Assembly: GCA_964016885.1 (NCBI GenBank)
Contig: OZ024741.1
Coordinates: forward strand, 150,288,001 to 150,352,000
Source: Eledone cirrhosa
Lineage: Eukaryota
Direction: 5' to 3'
Length of the DNA: 64,000 nt
Shown here one piece after another: positions 1 to 14,479 of this stretch (position 1 is the first letter of the stretch; each line of letters opens with the position of its first letter). The notes under the pieces were generated by a model that made no database searches, was not told where the DNA came from, and saw only the letters and a list, made by a program, of their open reading frames with translations. The position numbers were made by a program, and so were the translations under genes.

Positions 1-3000
1 CAAACACCACAAAAGTCACCAAAAGGCGCAACAGAAACAAACCCACAACAAACGCAAACAAAACAAAACAACCAAAACGATACACACAGCACAGCATTAA
101 ATTTGTACAACAACCAGTTATTACACTACATCCAACACAACACCAGCATCACAGAAAAAGACTACACAACACCTCAAAAATTCACACCACCTCCACACAT
201 ACAAATCACTCGCATCACACAGAAAACGTACACCACACTAAAACAAAAATTCCCCAAGGACATCGGAGACTTCCGACAAGCACTTTCCAGGAGGATATAT
301 ATAAGGACATCCTTTCGGAGGAGGCCACAAGCAGTGAGAAGGATGGAGAAACCATCCTTCCTCTACGAGAAGTAAGGTAAGTGGTTTTTCCCATCTTTTC
401 CACTCCTTTTCAACATGACGTCACTCAGAATAGGCAACATAAATGCGCGTGGCTTGGCGTCGTCATGGAAGCAGGGCCACCTACTCAACGACCTCAGGTC
501 ACTAAACATAGATGTGGTGGCCATCAGCGAGACCAGATTCTCCGAGGCACGGGGCTTCGCACCGATCTTCGGCGGCTACGATGTGTACGCATCTCCCAGT
601 CGTCCTGGATCGGGGGGAGGAGTTGCTGTGCTTTTTCGGAGAGATTTGGATCTCGCCATACGGGCCATCTTCCTGGACCCAGAAGGTAAGTTGGTGGTGC
701 TGGACGTGACCAGCGGAGACGGGCAAGATTTCAGGCTAGTGGCCGTCTATGCCCCGAGAGGTGCAGGGCGGCCTGATTTCTTCCGGCGTCTGGAGACCTT
801 TCTTGGAACGTCCCACTCTTTAGTGTTAGTGGGCCACTTGAACGGGATCTTAGATGCACGCTGGGATTGTGAGGGATTAGCGGATAGGGGAGGAGGGTGC
901 AAGAGCCTCACCAACCTGCTCAGGCGTTTTGAACTGTCAGACAGGTACCGATTGGATTTCCCGAATGTGCCAATGTGGACTTGGACAAAGCGCATAGGGT
1001 CATCCAGATCATATCTAGATAGAGTATTTTGTAGGGAAATAGATAGGACTAGCATAGGCTGTCCACAATTCAAGATAGTCAGCTACACGGACCACAAATT
1101 CGTGATCTGTGTGCTTGACTTAGATAGGCTTCATAGACGAGGACCCGGCTACTGGAAGCTAAACGCGTCCTTACCAGCGCGCAAGGCCTACAGAGACCGG
1201 ATTAGCGAACTAGTTAAGCGGGCGTTGACGGGGGCCATCGTCAACAACAAGTGGTGGTTTGCTCTGAAAAGAGCGATTAGAATAGAATCGATTAGATTTA
1301 GTAAGGCTTTAGCAATAGAGAAAAATAGAGCAGAGGGAGAACTAGTTAGAAAATTAGACGAGGCGCTTAGCAAAGGCATTGCGACCGACGTGCTTGCGGC
1401 GAAATTGGCCCTTGACCAATTCTTCAATGCAAAGCACGAAGGCTGCGTTGTCAGAGCAAGGGTGCGTGCTCTCAGACACGAGGGGACGAAAGCCGTTCAA
1501 TGGGCCCGAGTGGCGGAGGCGCGTCGTGGCAACAAAGCCACGATCCGGTCTTTTGTGAACCACGACGGGCGCATCCTACTCGATCCCGGGAAAATGTGTG
1601 AAGCTTTTCAGCGACACTTCGCTCAGCTGTTCGGAGGCAGCGGTGGGCCGGGTAGAGGGATGGACTTTAGTGTCTACCTCGACGGACTGCCGCAGCTCTC
1701 GGCCACTGAGGCGAAGTGTTGCGAAAAGCCAATAACAACCGCTGAAGTACGGGAGGCAATGACTGGCTGCACAAGGGGTAAATCGCCTGGTTTGGATGGT
1801 TTGCCCTATGAACGTTACGTACAGATGCTAGACTTGTTCGGAGGCCTCTTGGCGGACGTCTACTGCAACTGGCAACAGAACGGGAGAATTCCCAGTTCTG
1901 TGAGCCGAGGAGCTGTGGCGCTGCTGAGAAAGGATCCGAACAAGAGGGATAACATACATAATTTTAGGCCCATAACTCTGCTAAACACAGAGTTCAAGAT
2001 TTTGGCTAAGGTGCTAGCAAAGAGGTTGGCGCTTGTCGTTGGTGGTCTGGTGGGAGAGGCGCAGACATTCGCCATTCCAGACAGATCCATCCACGACAAA
2101 CTCCACCTCATGCGATACATCGTAGAGAGGGTAGCTAGGGAACCTGGCACGGGTGGGTCCTTGATCAATTTAGATCAGTCGAAAGCTTTCGATAGGGTCG
2201 ACCATCGTTACCTAGCGGCAGTCCTGAGGGCGGCTGGCTTTGGGCCCGTCTTCAGAGGCTGGATCGCTGCCATGCACAGCGACATCTGCTCTGTGGTGAG
2301 AGTGAACGGTCACCTGTCGGAACCGTTCAACATCATGCGCTCGGTCCGCCAAGGATGTCCCCTCTCGTCCCTCTTGTACGTATTGACTCTCGAGCCATTA
2401 CTGCACAAACTGGAGACGTTGAGGGGCGTCCCGCGCGAACTAGGATGCGGAAGATCCGTGTCAGCATATGCGGACGATGTCACCGTAGTGGTGTCGAACG
2501 CCTAACACATCGAGGCTATCGGCACTACACTAAGAGAATACGAAGCGGTAACAGGAGCAATGATCAACCAGGAAAAGTCAGTGGGCCTGCAGCTCGGCAC
2601 CTGGAGAAGCAAGTACATGCCGTCCAACAGCGTCGTCGGGCGCCGGACGGACGGACCGGTTAAATTGTTCAGGGTCTGGTTCGGTACGGACCTTCAGACA
2701 GACAGAAACTGGGACGAGGTGACGAGCAGGGTGGCTTCTCTCACCCAGAAATGGGCGGAGAGGAAGCTATCCCTGAAAGGTCGAGCGGAGGTGGCTAACG
2801 CGTATATCGCGTCCGTCATCTACTACCGCCTGACCGTCGTACGTTGTCCTAAGCCCCGCCTGACTGCGCTGGAGCGTTTGCTCATTCGCTTTTTGTGGAA
2901 GGGACGCGCTCCGATGGTCAGGCGGTACATCTGCTGTCAACACCCGCTACGTGGGGGGCTGGGAATGCCGTGGCTGATGATGCGCAGACACGCGCTCAGG

Positions 3001-4078
3001 ACGGCATCTCCACCTCTACCTCGACGGTGATCAGGTGTGGTCGCCGTTTGCTAGACGCGTCTTTCCCCAGCACGTCTCCTTGACGGAGCTGCAGTCCTGG
3101 GTCAAGCGAAGACCGAGAGGGAGCGCCTGGAGACTGGAATGTCTTCAGGCGCTCACAGCCCTCGACCAATCGGGCAATGTGATCGGTGGAAACTCCACCT
3201 CGGCGTTCTATAGAGGATTAGTGGAGGGGAAGAGCGACGACGTACTTGGGGAAACTCTAGGCGTCGACGAAAATCAACTAGCCAATCTCTTCGGAAGAAC
3301 TTTCGGGCCAGGGCCTATGGACAACTTCCAGAAATCTCTGGCCTGGCAGTGCTACCGAGGAGCCTTGCCAGTTCGGGATAAACTCTACAGGCATGGAGGT
3401 GCCGTCAGCCGGGCATGTCCGAGATGCGCGCAGGGCGACGAAACCGTCCTGCACGCACTCGTCCAGTGTCCGAAAATTGCTGACTTGTGGGTTTATGTCG
3501 AACACCTGCTGTCGCGTTTAGGACGGATCCAGCTATCATCTGAGTCCATCGTGAGGATTGCCCCGCCCTCCTCCTTTAGCCGGGAAGGGCAGGCAGTTTT
3601 TATCTGTCTGGTGGCCATGGCGAAAGAGATAGTATGGTGGACACGTTTGAAAGGGCTGAAGACGAGCACTTACCTCTTCGGTGATGCTCTGATTGACTTT
3701 TTCAAATTTCATTTGAAAAGGAAAATCAGAGTAGAGAGGGAAGTGCTCTCTTCCCAGCATTTTGTTGAAAGATGGGTGAGAGAAGCAAGAATGGCCCGAG
3801 TGAATGGGCCGACTCTGAGTATATATCTGTAAACTAAAGGTGGAAAACTGGGAGAGGGCACTTGCCTTGGTGGTCAGGGTCATTGTGGCTTTTTACTGGG
3901 CTTTCTCCACAAATGTCCCTCCGAAGTCTCCCCCCTATTGGGGAATTTTTCATTGTTATTTTTGTTACATCCTCTGTTTTTGTTTTTTACACGCAGAAAT
4001 GCCCATTTGTACCGTCCTGCATTGTCCTGCACTGTCCTTAATGTCTACTTTATGTAAACCCTTGTGGTTAATAAAGAA

Positions 4079-4126
<48 letters not shown>
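1..4126 (+). mobile_element. Tx1/L1-clade non-LTR retrotransposon, copy 1 (5' end outside window)
   Basis: 3' end of ORF1, then ORF2 (APE endonuclease + RT + C-terminal Cys/His motif), 3' UTR ending AATAAAGAAA, then (TTA)n at ~4079-4126; highly similar to the copy at 32.9-38.3 kb. Confidence 0.9.
415..3832 (+). pseudogene. LINE ORF2 (APE endonuclease-reverse transcriptase), disrupted
   Basis: APE motifs (NINARGL, SET, YLDR, TDH); RT motifs (KSPGLDG, FRPITLLN, DQSKAFDRV, RQGCPLS, YADD); CPRC..ETVLHALVQC zinc knuckle. Premature TAA at 2503-2505 and a frameshift near 3000. Confidence 0.93.
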
Positions 4127-4130
4127 GTTG

Positions 4131-4316
4131 GTGGATTGGCAATATCAGTGGAGGGTAGGACGCCATGCTTTGCAGCTTAGAGTTACGGCCCTTTACGGCC
4201 TGAGTTCAAATCCCACCGAGGTTAACTAAGCCTTTCATCCTTACGGGGTCGATAAAATAAAGTACCAGTAATGCACTGAGGTAATTGCTGGCCTTGTGCC
4301 AAAAGTAGAAACAATT
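4131..4316 (+). mobile_element. SINE (B-box head plus Nin/Deu-like central domain)
   Basis: B-box GAGTTCAAATCC; conserved GCCTTTCATCCTTACGGGGTCGATAAAATAAAGTACCAG; further copies at 21320-21502(-), 24620-24742, 26965-27160 and 39390-39576. Confidence 0.8.
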
Positions 4317-4720
4317 ATTATTGTTTTTGTTGTTTTTGCTGCTGTTGTCGTTCTTATTGTCGTATTCATTGTTTTCTCTTGTTGCCTTTGTTTGTTCTCA
4401 AAAAATTATGAGTCGCTAGCTGAGGGGTCTCGCAATTAACTGTTACATGCTGAATGCAGCACATGTTGTGTTAATATTTCATAAAACATTTATTGCCTTT
4501 CATACATAAGCTGGAATCACGAAATTTCATTTTCGCATAATGGTGTTTAATAGGCACAATAGGAATATATTAGTATGAAAGAAAAGTTATCTTGTCACTC
4601 GCTGCTTTGCATTTTCAATTTAAAGCCAACTTTTTTAGATTATATTTTACCGTGAGTCAATTGCGGAAATTTAGCAACAGTAGAGAGGGAAGAAACGACA
4701 GTACGTTAAACCAATTAGAT

Positions 4721-4821
<101 letters not shown>

Positions 4822-5090
4822 AGGTTATTTGTCACTGATATACAGGAAATCTCAATGAAAGGTATCTAAAATTATCGTTATCAATCAGAGGATTATATAT
4901 ACTTATATAGAATAACTTTTGCAAAGTTATAAAAGGGGAGATTCCTAGAAAAGCAACCTAAAATAATGTATATATATATACACACAGTGGCGGACTGGGT
5001 CTAGAAATATTGGTTGCCAGGAGATGTATTAGTAGGAGTGAGGTCATATATTTTATCGTTCCTGAGGTTTTTAACCCTAGGAAAGGAAAA

Positions 5091-5175
5091 TGCTTCTCCG
5101 ATGATCTTTGTTTTTCCATTAATATCCATGTGATATCTAATGTTTTGCAAAGTGAAACTGTACAGTAAGGGCCAC
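5091..5175 (+). ncRNA. Candidate (degenerate) type-I hammerhead ribozyme
   Basis: CCGATGA core; stem II CTTTG/CAAAG; GAAA; palindromic stem III ACTGTACAGT; GUA site; weak stem I. Confidence 0.45.
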
Positions 5176-5287
5176 TTGAATAGGTAAATATTTATATTAT
5201 ATTTTTTAATTTTGATTAATTTTAATTGTAAATTAATTTTGATTTATTTTGAAAAATTGGTTGAATTTTACTTGTTCTGCTTATCTT

Positions 5288-5386
<99 letters not shown>

Positions 5387-5387
5387 T

Positions 5388-5464
<77 letters not shown>

Positions 5465-6429
5465 GTACATATATTATTTGCTTGCTAAAATAATCAAATT
5501 AAATTAATTCAACAGTTAATAGGGATAATAAGGTAGTTACCAAAGTGCCAGAAGATTGACAAGTCGACCCTAAATATTACTAATAGCTCTAGGATAGCCA
5601 TGAACGACACCAGATCTTTTAAACTTTGATTTTGAAATAGGTTTATAATTATCAATTTTCATTATACTATTGTAGCTGTCTTGGTGGCCTAGTTGGAGGA
5701 ATCATAGACGGTGGTCATCCTAGTCTGAAGTTAGATCCTGGTCGGGAGTAGGATTCCCGCTGAGCCTTTTCAGTTTTTTTGTATGGGTTGTAAGGGAAAG
5801 GGAAATAATTCAAAATGGGTTTACGACATGTGTGAAACCAGGTCGAAAACGAGCAGATGGATAGAGAGAGAGGGGAGGAGAGAAAGAGAGAGAGAAGGAG
5901 AGAGTCGATATGAAAGCGTGGTGGGACAACAAATCGAGCAAAACAGGCAGAGGGGTGGATTATCTCCTTCTCCGTTTTTCTCTTTCTCTCTACACTCACT
6001 TTGCTGAGATCACACGGAAAAGCGTCGCTCTGCAGTTATACGATCACAGGGTTTAAATCCAATCGGCCCGTTTTAACTTATTCTATTTTCTCTTCGGTTA
6101 CTCACTTGCATGTGTCATTGTCCTATGACCCCCCTCCATTCAGTTTGTTTACTTCGTTTTTCCTCTTTCCTTTTTTCTCTTTCTTCCTCTCTCTTCACTA
6201 TCTTTTCTTTCCCTCATGGCCTTTTGATGGATAAAAGGCCTTGGGCACGCTGCCGATCGATTTCGATGTCCTGTTTTAAGCGTCGAAACATCTATGATCC
6301 GCAGTTAACAGCTGAAGGGCTACTTTTTTCTCTTGTTTACGTCCATATTACCATCTTACACTTTGTTTGAATTTACACTTTGTAGAATTGAGATTAAGGG
6401 TTTGTGGCTTTTATATATATATATATATA

Positions 6430-6933
6430 TAGTAATAATAATAAATTTGAAGACTAAAATCCAAAGAGGGCTCGATAAGGATAAAGCACCGATTCTTTGC
6501 TTAAACTTCAATCTGTTATTTTAATAAATATATATATATATATATATATATTGGTAAACGGAATAGAAAATGCTAACAAATTGTTCACAGTTGAAAAATG
6601 GTTTAATTAGGAATAAAAGAGTATTAGTGATTGTATGGGTTAGTATTCAGTTGTGGTTTTAAGTTTTTAAGTTTTTACCGGTTGCGCATTTCTAAATGCT
6701 TTTCAAAAATAATTTTGAGATAGAGTGTTCGTGTTGTTTGCTCTGATCTGATTAGTTTTGGGAATTCTACCTGTTTTTATGTTAAAAAAGTGGCTCCAGC
6801 GTTATTTTTGTGTTGCAAAATATATATATATATATTTATTAAAATAACAGATTAAAGTTTAAGCAAAGAATCGGTGCTTTATCCTTATCGAGCCCTTTTT
6901 GGATTTTAGTCTTCAAATTTATTATTATTACTA
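6430..6933. mobile_element. Foldback element with ~100-bp inverted repeats in (TA)n (duplicate at ~9671-10174)
   Basis: 6430-6529 is the near-perfect reverse complement of 6834-6933. Confidence 0.75.
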
Positions 6934-7031
6934 TATATATATATTATGCTGATTGGCAGAGGAAATGATATATATTTTATTTATCTAATAATTCTATAGA
7001 CATGATTTATGATATATATATATTTGTATAT

Positions 7032-7060
<29 letters not shown>

Positions 7061-7062
<2 letters not shown>

Positions 7063-7121
7063 AATGTAAGTATGTATGTATACGTACATACATATATGTA
7101 TACAGACGTACAGTAGCACGC

Positions 7122-7178
<57 letters not shown>

Positions 7179-7368
7179 TACACATATGCATACAGGTACA
7201 CATACATATATGCACGCATCAGTTTAGCCTTAACACCGTATGGCATAAATTCAGGCTGTTCGCTTTGTTGACAAACAAACGAACAAAGCGGCCGGCGTTA
7301 TAATAAACGTCGGCTAAACTGATGCGTGCATATATGTATGTGTACCTGTATGCATATGTGTATATATG

Positions 7369-7403
<35 letters not shown>

Positions 7404-7862
7404 GCGTGCTACTGTACGTCTGTATACATATATGTATGTACGTATACATACATACTTACATTTAAGTAAGTGCCATACTAAGAGTGAGAAATGAAATTTC
7501 GTTTTCATTTTTTTCAACTTATCGTTTTCGGTATGCCTGACCGATTTAACTCACTCAATATACAAATTAGGCTGCTCAGCCGTTAATTTTCATAAGGAAA
7601 GTATATACTTTCGAACGTTCAACTATCTGGCAGATGGGTAAACGGTGCTGATGATAGCTAACAAGCTTGAAACTAGTACATCGTTCCTGTGTCAGTGTTG
7701 AACAAAAAGGTGACGTGATTGCCTTAACACCGTATGGCATAAATTCAGGCTGTTCGCTTTGTTGACAAACAAACGAACAAAGCGGCCGGCGTTATAATAA
7801 ACGTCGGCTAAACTGATGCGTGCATATATGTATGTGTACCTGTATGCATATGTGTATATATG

Positions 7863-7895
<33 letters not shown>

Positions 7896-8348
7896 GCGTG
7901 CTACTGTACGTCTGTATACATATATGTATGTACGTATACATACATACTTACATTTAAGTAAGTGCCATACTAAGAGTGAGAAATGAAATTTCGTTTTCAT
8001 TTTTTTCAACTTATCGTTTTCGGTATGCCTGACCGATTTACCTCACTCAATATGCAAATTAGGCTGCTCAGCCGTTAATTTTCATAAGGAAAGTATATAC
8101 TTTCGAACGTTCAACTATCTGGCAGATGGGTAAACGGTGCTGATGATAGCTAACAAGCTTGAAACTAGTACATCGTTCCTGTGTCAGTGTTGAACAAAAA
8201 GGTGACGTGGTTGCCTTAACACCGTATGGCATAAATTCAGGCTGTTCGCTTTGTTGACAAACAAGCGAACAAAGCGGCCGGCGTTATAATAAACGTCGGC
8301 TAAACTGATGCGTGCATATATGTATGTGTACCTGTATGCATATGTGTA

Positions 8349-8419
<71 letters not shown>

Positions 8420-8552
8420 GCGTGCTACTGTACGTCTGTATACATATATGTATATACGTATACATACATACTTACATTTAAGTAAGTGCCATACTAAGAG
8501 TGAGAAATGAAATTTCGTTTTCATTTTTTTCAACTTATATATATATATATAT
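7061..8552 (+). repeat. 492-bp hammerhead-bearing tandem repeat (~2.7 units) with a short 5' inverted segment; duplicate at ~10304-11808
   Basis: Homologous to the 474-bp array; 7061-7229 is inverted relative to 7228-8537; hammerhead motifs at 7641-7685 and 8133-8177. Confidence 0.9.
7641..7685 (+). ncRNA. Type-I hammerhead ribozyme (also 8133-8177, 10882-10926, 11374-11418)
   Basis: AACGGTG-CTGATGA-T-AGCT-AACA-AGCT-T-GAAA-CTAG-TA-CATCGTT. Confidence 0.8.
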
Positions 8553-8559
8553 TTTTCAA

Positions 8560-8600
<41 letters not shown>

Positions 8601-8650
8601 CAGGAAAGAAGGTTGACATGGTTTGCATTTAAGTATTATTTGTTACCCCG

Positions 8651-8705
<55 letters not shown>

Positions 8706-10272
8706 GTACATATATTATTTGCTTGCTAAAATAATCAAATTAAATTAATTCAACAGTTAATAGGGATAATAAGGTAGTTACCAAAGTGCCAGAAGATTGA
8801 CAAGTCGACCCTAAATATTACTAATAGCTCTAGGATAGCCATGAACGACACCAGATCTTTTAAACTTTGATTTTGAAATAGGTTTATAATTATCAATTTT
8901 CATTATACTATTGTAGCTGTCTTGGTGGCCTAGTTGGAGGAATCATAGACGGTGGTCATCCTAGTCTGAAGTTAGATCCTGGTCGGGAGTAGGATTCCCG
9001 CTGAGCCTTTTCAGTTTTTTTCTATGGGTTGTAAGGGAAAGGGAAATAATTCAAAATGGGTTTACGACATGTGTGAAACCAGGTCGAAAACGAGCAGATG
9101 GATAGAGAGAGAGGGGAGGAGAGAAAGAGAGAGAGAAGGAGAGAGTCGATATGAAAGCGTGGTGGGACAACAAATCGAGCAAAACAGGCAGAGGGGTGGA
9201 TTATCTCCTTCTCCGTTTTTCTCTTTCTCTCTACACTCACTTTGCTGAGATCACACGGAAAAGCGTCGCTCTGCAGTTATACGATCACAGGGTTTAAATC
9301 CAATCGGCCCGTTTTAACTTATTCTATTTTCTCTTCGGTTACTCACTTGCATGTGTCATTGTCCTATGACCCCCCTCCATTCAGTTTGTTTACTTCGTTT
9401 TTCCTCTTTCCTTTTTTCTCTTTCTTCCTCTCTCTTCACTATCTTTTCTTTCCCTCATGGCCTTTTGATGGATAAAAGGCCTTGGGCACGCTGCCGATCG
9501 ATTTCGATGTCCTGTTTTAAGCGTCGAAACATCTATGATCCGCAGTTAACAGCTGAAGGGCTACTTTTTTCTCTTGTTTACGTCCATATTACCATCTTAC
9601 ACTTTGTTTGAATTTACACTTTGTAGAATTGAGATTAAGGGTTTGTGGCTTTTATATATATATATATATATAGTAATAATAATAAATTTGAAGACTAAAA
9701 TCCAAAGAGGGCTCGATAAGGATAAAGCACCGATTCTTTGCTTAAACTTCAATCTGTTATTTTAATAAATATATATATATATATATATATATTGGTAAAC
9801 GGAATAGAAAATGCTAACAAATTGTTCACAGTTGAAAAATGGTTTAATTAGGAATAAAAGAGTATTAGTGATTGTATGGGTTAGTATTCAGTTGTGGTTT
9901 TAAGTTTTTAAGTTTTTACCGGTTGCGCATTTCTAAATGCTTTTCAAAAATAATTTTGAGATAGAGTGTTCGTGTTGTTTGCTCTGATCTGATTAGTTTT
10001 GGGAATTCTACCTGTTTTTATGTTAAAAAAGTGGCTCCAGCGTTATTTTTGTGTTGCAAAATATATATATATATATTTATTAAAATAACAGATTAAAGTT
10101 TAAGCAAAGAATCGGTGCTTTATCCTTATCGAGCCCTTTTTGGATTTTAGTCTTCAAATTTATTATTATTACTATATATATATATTATGCTGATTGGCAG
10201 AGGAAATGATATATATTTTATTTATCTAATAATTCTATAGACATGATTTATGATATATATATATTTGTATAT

Positions 10273-10308
<36 letters not shown>

Positions 10309-10364
10309 GTAAGTATGTATGTATACGTACATACATATATGTATACAGACGTACAGTAGCACGC

Positions 10365-10419
<55 letters not shown>

Positions 10420-10609
10420 TACACATATGCATACAGGTACACATACATATATGCACGCATCAGTTTAGCCTTAACACCGTATGGCATAAATTCAGGCTGT
10501 TCGCTTTGTTGACAAACAAACGAACAAAGCGGCCGGCGTTATAATAAACGTCGGCTAAACTGATGCGTGCATATATGTATGTGTACCTGTATGCATATGT
10601 GTATATATG

Positions 10610-10644
<35 letters not shown>

Positions 10645-11103
10645 GCGTGCTACTGTACGTCTGTATACATATATGTATGTACGTATACATACATACTTAC
10701 ATTTAAGTAAGTGCCATACTAAGAGTGAGAAATGAAATTTCGTTTTCATTTTTTTCAACTTATCGTTTTCGGTATGCCTGACCGATTTAACTCACTCAAT
10801 ATACAAATTAGGCTGCTCAGCCGTTAATTTTCATAAGGAAAGTATATACTTTCGAACGTTCAACTATCTGGCAGATGGGTAAACGGTGCTGATGATAGCT
10901 AACAAGCTTGAAACTAGTACATCGTTCCTGTGTCAGTGTTGAACAAAAAGGTGACGTGATTGCCTTAACACCGTATGGCATAAATTCAGGCTGTTCGCTT
11001 TGTTGACAAACAAACGAACAAAGCGGCCGGCGTTATAATAAACGTCGGCTAAACTGATGCGTGCATATATGTATGTGTACCTGTATGCATATGTGTATAT
11101 ATG

Positions 11104-11136
<33 letters not shown>

Positions 11137-11589
11137 GCGTGCTACTGTACGTCTGTATACATATATGTATGTACGTATACATACATACTTACATTTAAGT
11201 AAGTGCCATACTAAGAGTGAGAAATGAAATTTCGTTTTCATTTTTTTCAACTTATCGTTTTCGGTATGCCTGACCGATTTACCTCACTCAATATGCAAAT
11301 TAGGCTGCTCAGCCGTTAATTTTCATAAGGAAAGTATATACTTTCGAACGTTCAACTATCTGGCAGATGGGTAAACGGTGCTGATGATAGCTAACAAGCT
11401 TGAAACTAGTACATCGTTCCTGTGTCAGTGTTGAACAAAAAGGTGACGTGGTTGCCTTAACACCGTATGGCATAAATTCAGGCTGTTCGCTTTGTTGACA
11501 AACAAGCGAACAAAGCGGCCGGCGTTATAATAAACGTCGGCTAAACTGATGCGTGCATATATGTATGTGTACCTGTATGCATATGTGTA

Positions 11590-11664
<75 letters not shown>

Positions 11665-11804
11665 GCGTGCTACTGTACGTCTGTATACATATATGTATAT
11701 ACGTATACATACATACTTACATTTAAGTAAGTGCCATACTAAGAGTGAGAAATGAAATTTCGTTTTCATTTTTTTCAACTTATATATATATATATATTTT
11801 TCAA

Positions 11805-11845
<41 letters not shown>

Positions 11846-11894
11846 CAGGAAAGAAGGTTGACATGGTTTGCATTTAAGTATTATTTGTTACCCC

Positions 11895-11944
<50 letters not shown>

Positions 11945-12159
11945 TAAATTGCGTGCGAGAGATGTAAGGGAGATAACTGCGAAAGTTTCTAGTTGATAAG
12001 AAAATTAGGATGCTGTTGTAATTCAATTCGGAGCTTTGTAGTTATGAAAGAGGTGTTTCCAGACGTGTGGACAACGTGTGAAGAATTCATTTATTGAGTT
12101 TAGGCAATCGCTATTGTGTAATCTCTTTAGAATATTTATTCGTTCATCAATACATAGTC

Positions 12160-12300
12160 TGCTTCCTGAACCATCAGTCGACCTTTAGGTTCCCGGACAA
12201 ACGATCATCCACGAAACTCGCGAGCCCGGTATGGTCCCTCAAGGACTCAAGTATAAACGACTCCATTCAATGGAAAGCCATCACTAAGTCCTAGCCATAC
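12160..12300 (+). pseudogene. PLE GIY-YIG endonuclease fragment (Naiad-like)
   Basis: FLNHQSTFRFPDKRSSTKLASPVWSLKD...IQWKAITKS*PY aligns by eye with the EN segments at 48.4-48.6 kb and 51.35-51.6 kb. Confidence 0.65.
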
Positions 12301-12391
12301 GCATATATATATATATAAACCACTAGTTGATTTGACAGATGTCTTTAACCCATTGATACCAAATATTATTCCGTCAGTAGTTCGTGTGTAA

Positions 12392-12447
<56 letters not shown>

Positions 12448-13216
12448 CTATATCTATATTTGTATATCTAGCGACATACGGTATGTTTACGAATAAACGT
12501 TTTGAAAGCCTCCAGCTATGAACTTGGAGAAGGATTACGTTGCGCCATTTAGCGGATTCTAGCAGAAGCAAAGGGCGGGTAACTGACTACAACGACGTCA
12601 TTTCTGGCTCTTGTGTCTTTTTCACTCTTTTGCTTTTTAACTTGATTGTCGTGTTTCATTACAATGATATATATTTATAAAGAGAGAGATAGATAGATAG
12701 AGAGATAGAGAGAGAGATAGATAGAGAGAGAGAGAAAGGAGGGGAGGCAGGTGAGAGGGGGATAGAAAGACCGATAGATACATATATGTTTAGAGAGATA
12801 AAGGTAATTTTGCTACAGTTACTCAGTGGATAAGGGGTTACACTTGTTCCTTGTGAGATGGTTTTCACTGAATTTAGCTTATGAAAGTAGCCAAAATTTA
12901 ATACAGATGGAACTGACCTTTACATTTACCCCCAATATTATTTTTCAATATTTCTGCTTATTAGATTGGGCGTATATTAGTTTAAGAAAGATTCTTGCTA
13001 TGCTGCAAATATGCTTCAATATAGTCAGAAACTTTAATATTCAAGAGTGGGTTAAAAGCAATTATTTGTTCTTTTTCTTTGGTTTTAATTGTTTGAATAC
13101 TATTGCAATTTTGTGTGTGGGTTGATGTGTATTGTTACCATTATTTTCTCATCTGCTCGCTTTTAATATATCGCCTTTGGAAGATTTTTCATCTAACGAA
13201 ATACGTCATCACTTTT

Positions 13217-13323
<107 letters not shown>

Positions 13324-13331
13324 CATATATG

Positions 13332-13451
<120 letters not shown>

Positions 13452-13464
13452 TATGTATACTTAC

Positions 13465-13514
<50 letters not shown>

Positions 13515-13516
<2 letters not shown>

Positions 13517-13812
13517 AGGTTATATTTAATTTCTGGGGATAAAAGAAGCAAAATATTTTTATAACTGATATAAAGCACTCAACAAATTATTGGAGTAAAT
13601 ATACAATATATTAACAAATGGAAACTATCCAGGAGATTCCAACCAGAATGGTTGCATTTTTTAAGGGTATGTCAATATTTATTTATAAAACTAACCTATA
13701 TTATATTTTATCTGATGAAAGCGCACCATAGTTTGCTCTGGTGGCCCTTGAAATATGTATAATGAAATAAATATGGTTTTACAAATATAGTTTCCATTTG
13801 TTAATATATTGT
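13515..13812. mobile_element. Solo PLE pLTR with inverted segment; hammerhead at 13704-13769 (+)
   Basis: Homologous to 50550-50870 and 46487-46680; 13515-13628 inverted versus 13629-13812; flanked by (TA)n. Confidence 0.8.
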
Positions 13813-14127
13813 ATATATATATATATATATATACACATACACACACTTATATATATACACATACATATATATATACATGTATATATATGTATGTATGCGT
13901 GTGTGTGTGTACACATGTAATGTATTAGTCGCATACAAATAAATCTAATCTCCAGACACACATATGCATATGTGTGTGCGTGTGTATATATATATATTTG
14001 TGTGTGTGCTACATTGTTTGGAGATTAGATTTATTCATTCGCCACTGATTTATGACACATAATCATGAATATTTACTTATATAAATTTATATATGTTGGT
14101 ATGTATGTACGTTCGTATGTATGTATG

Positions 14128-14158
<31 letters not shown>

Positions 14159-14479
14159 GTTTGTATGTATGTATGTATGTTTTCTCTTTCTCTTAATTTC
14201 GAGTTTATTTTTTTGACCGGCCAACTTCCTGGTGGCAAGGTTGTAAAAGAAAAGAAATTGTCATCCCTTGAATCGCAAGAATGTTTTGCAAATTTTGAAG
14301 GTGCCAGCTGTCGCAGCCATTTATAGACTATGAATTAGGGAGCTGCGCTTTTTGTCCACAAATCCAAGTTCAGTCATACTTTGGTCCAAGCGGGTTGGTA
14401 TATAACCCGTAGCTCCAATAATGATGGGTATGAAGCTAAAGGTGTATCTTGGATACTGGATTTATAGGACTGCAAAGTG

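Larger units (their letters stand above)
5460..11895. repeat. Tandem segmental duplication, ~3241-bp unit x2
   Basis: 5460-8700 is nearly identical to 8701-11895; ORF track offsets are exactly 3241; junction lies in (TA)n. Confidence 0.95.
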
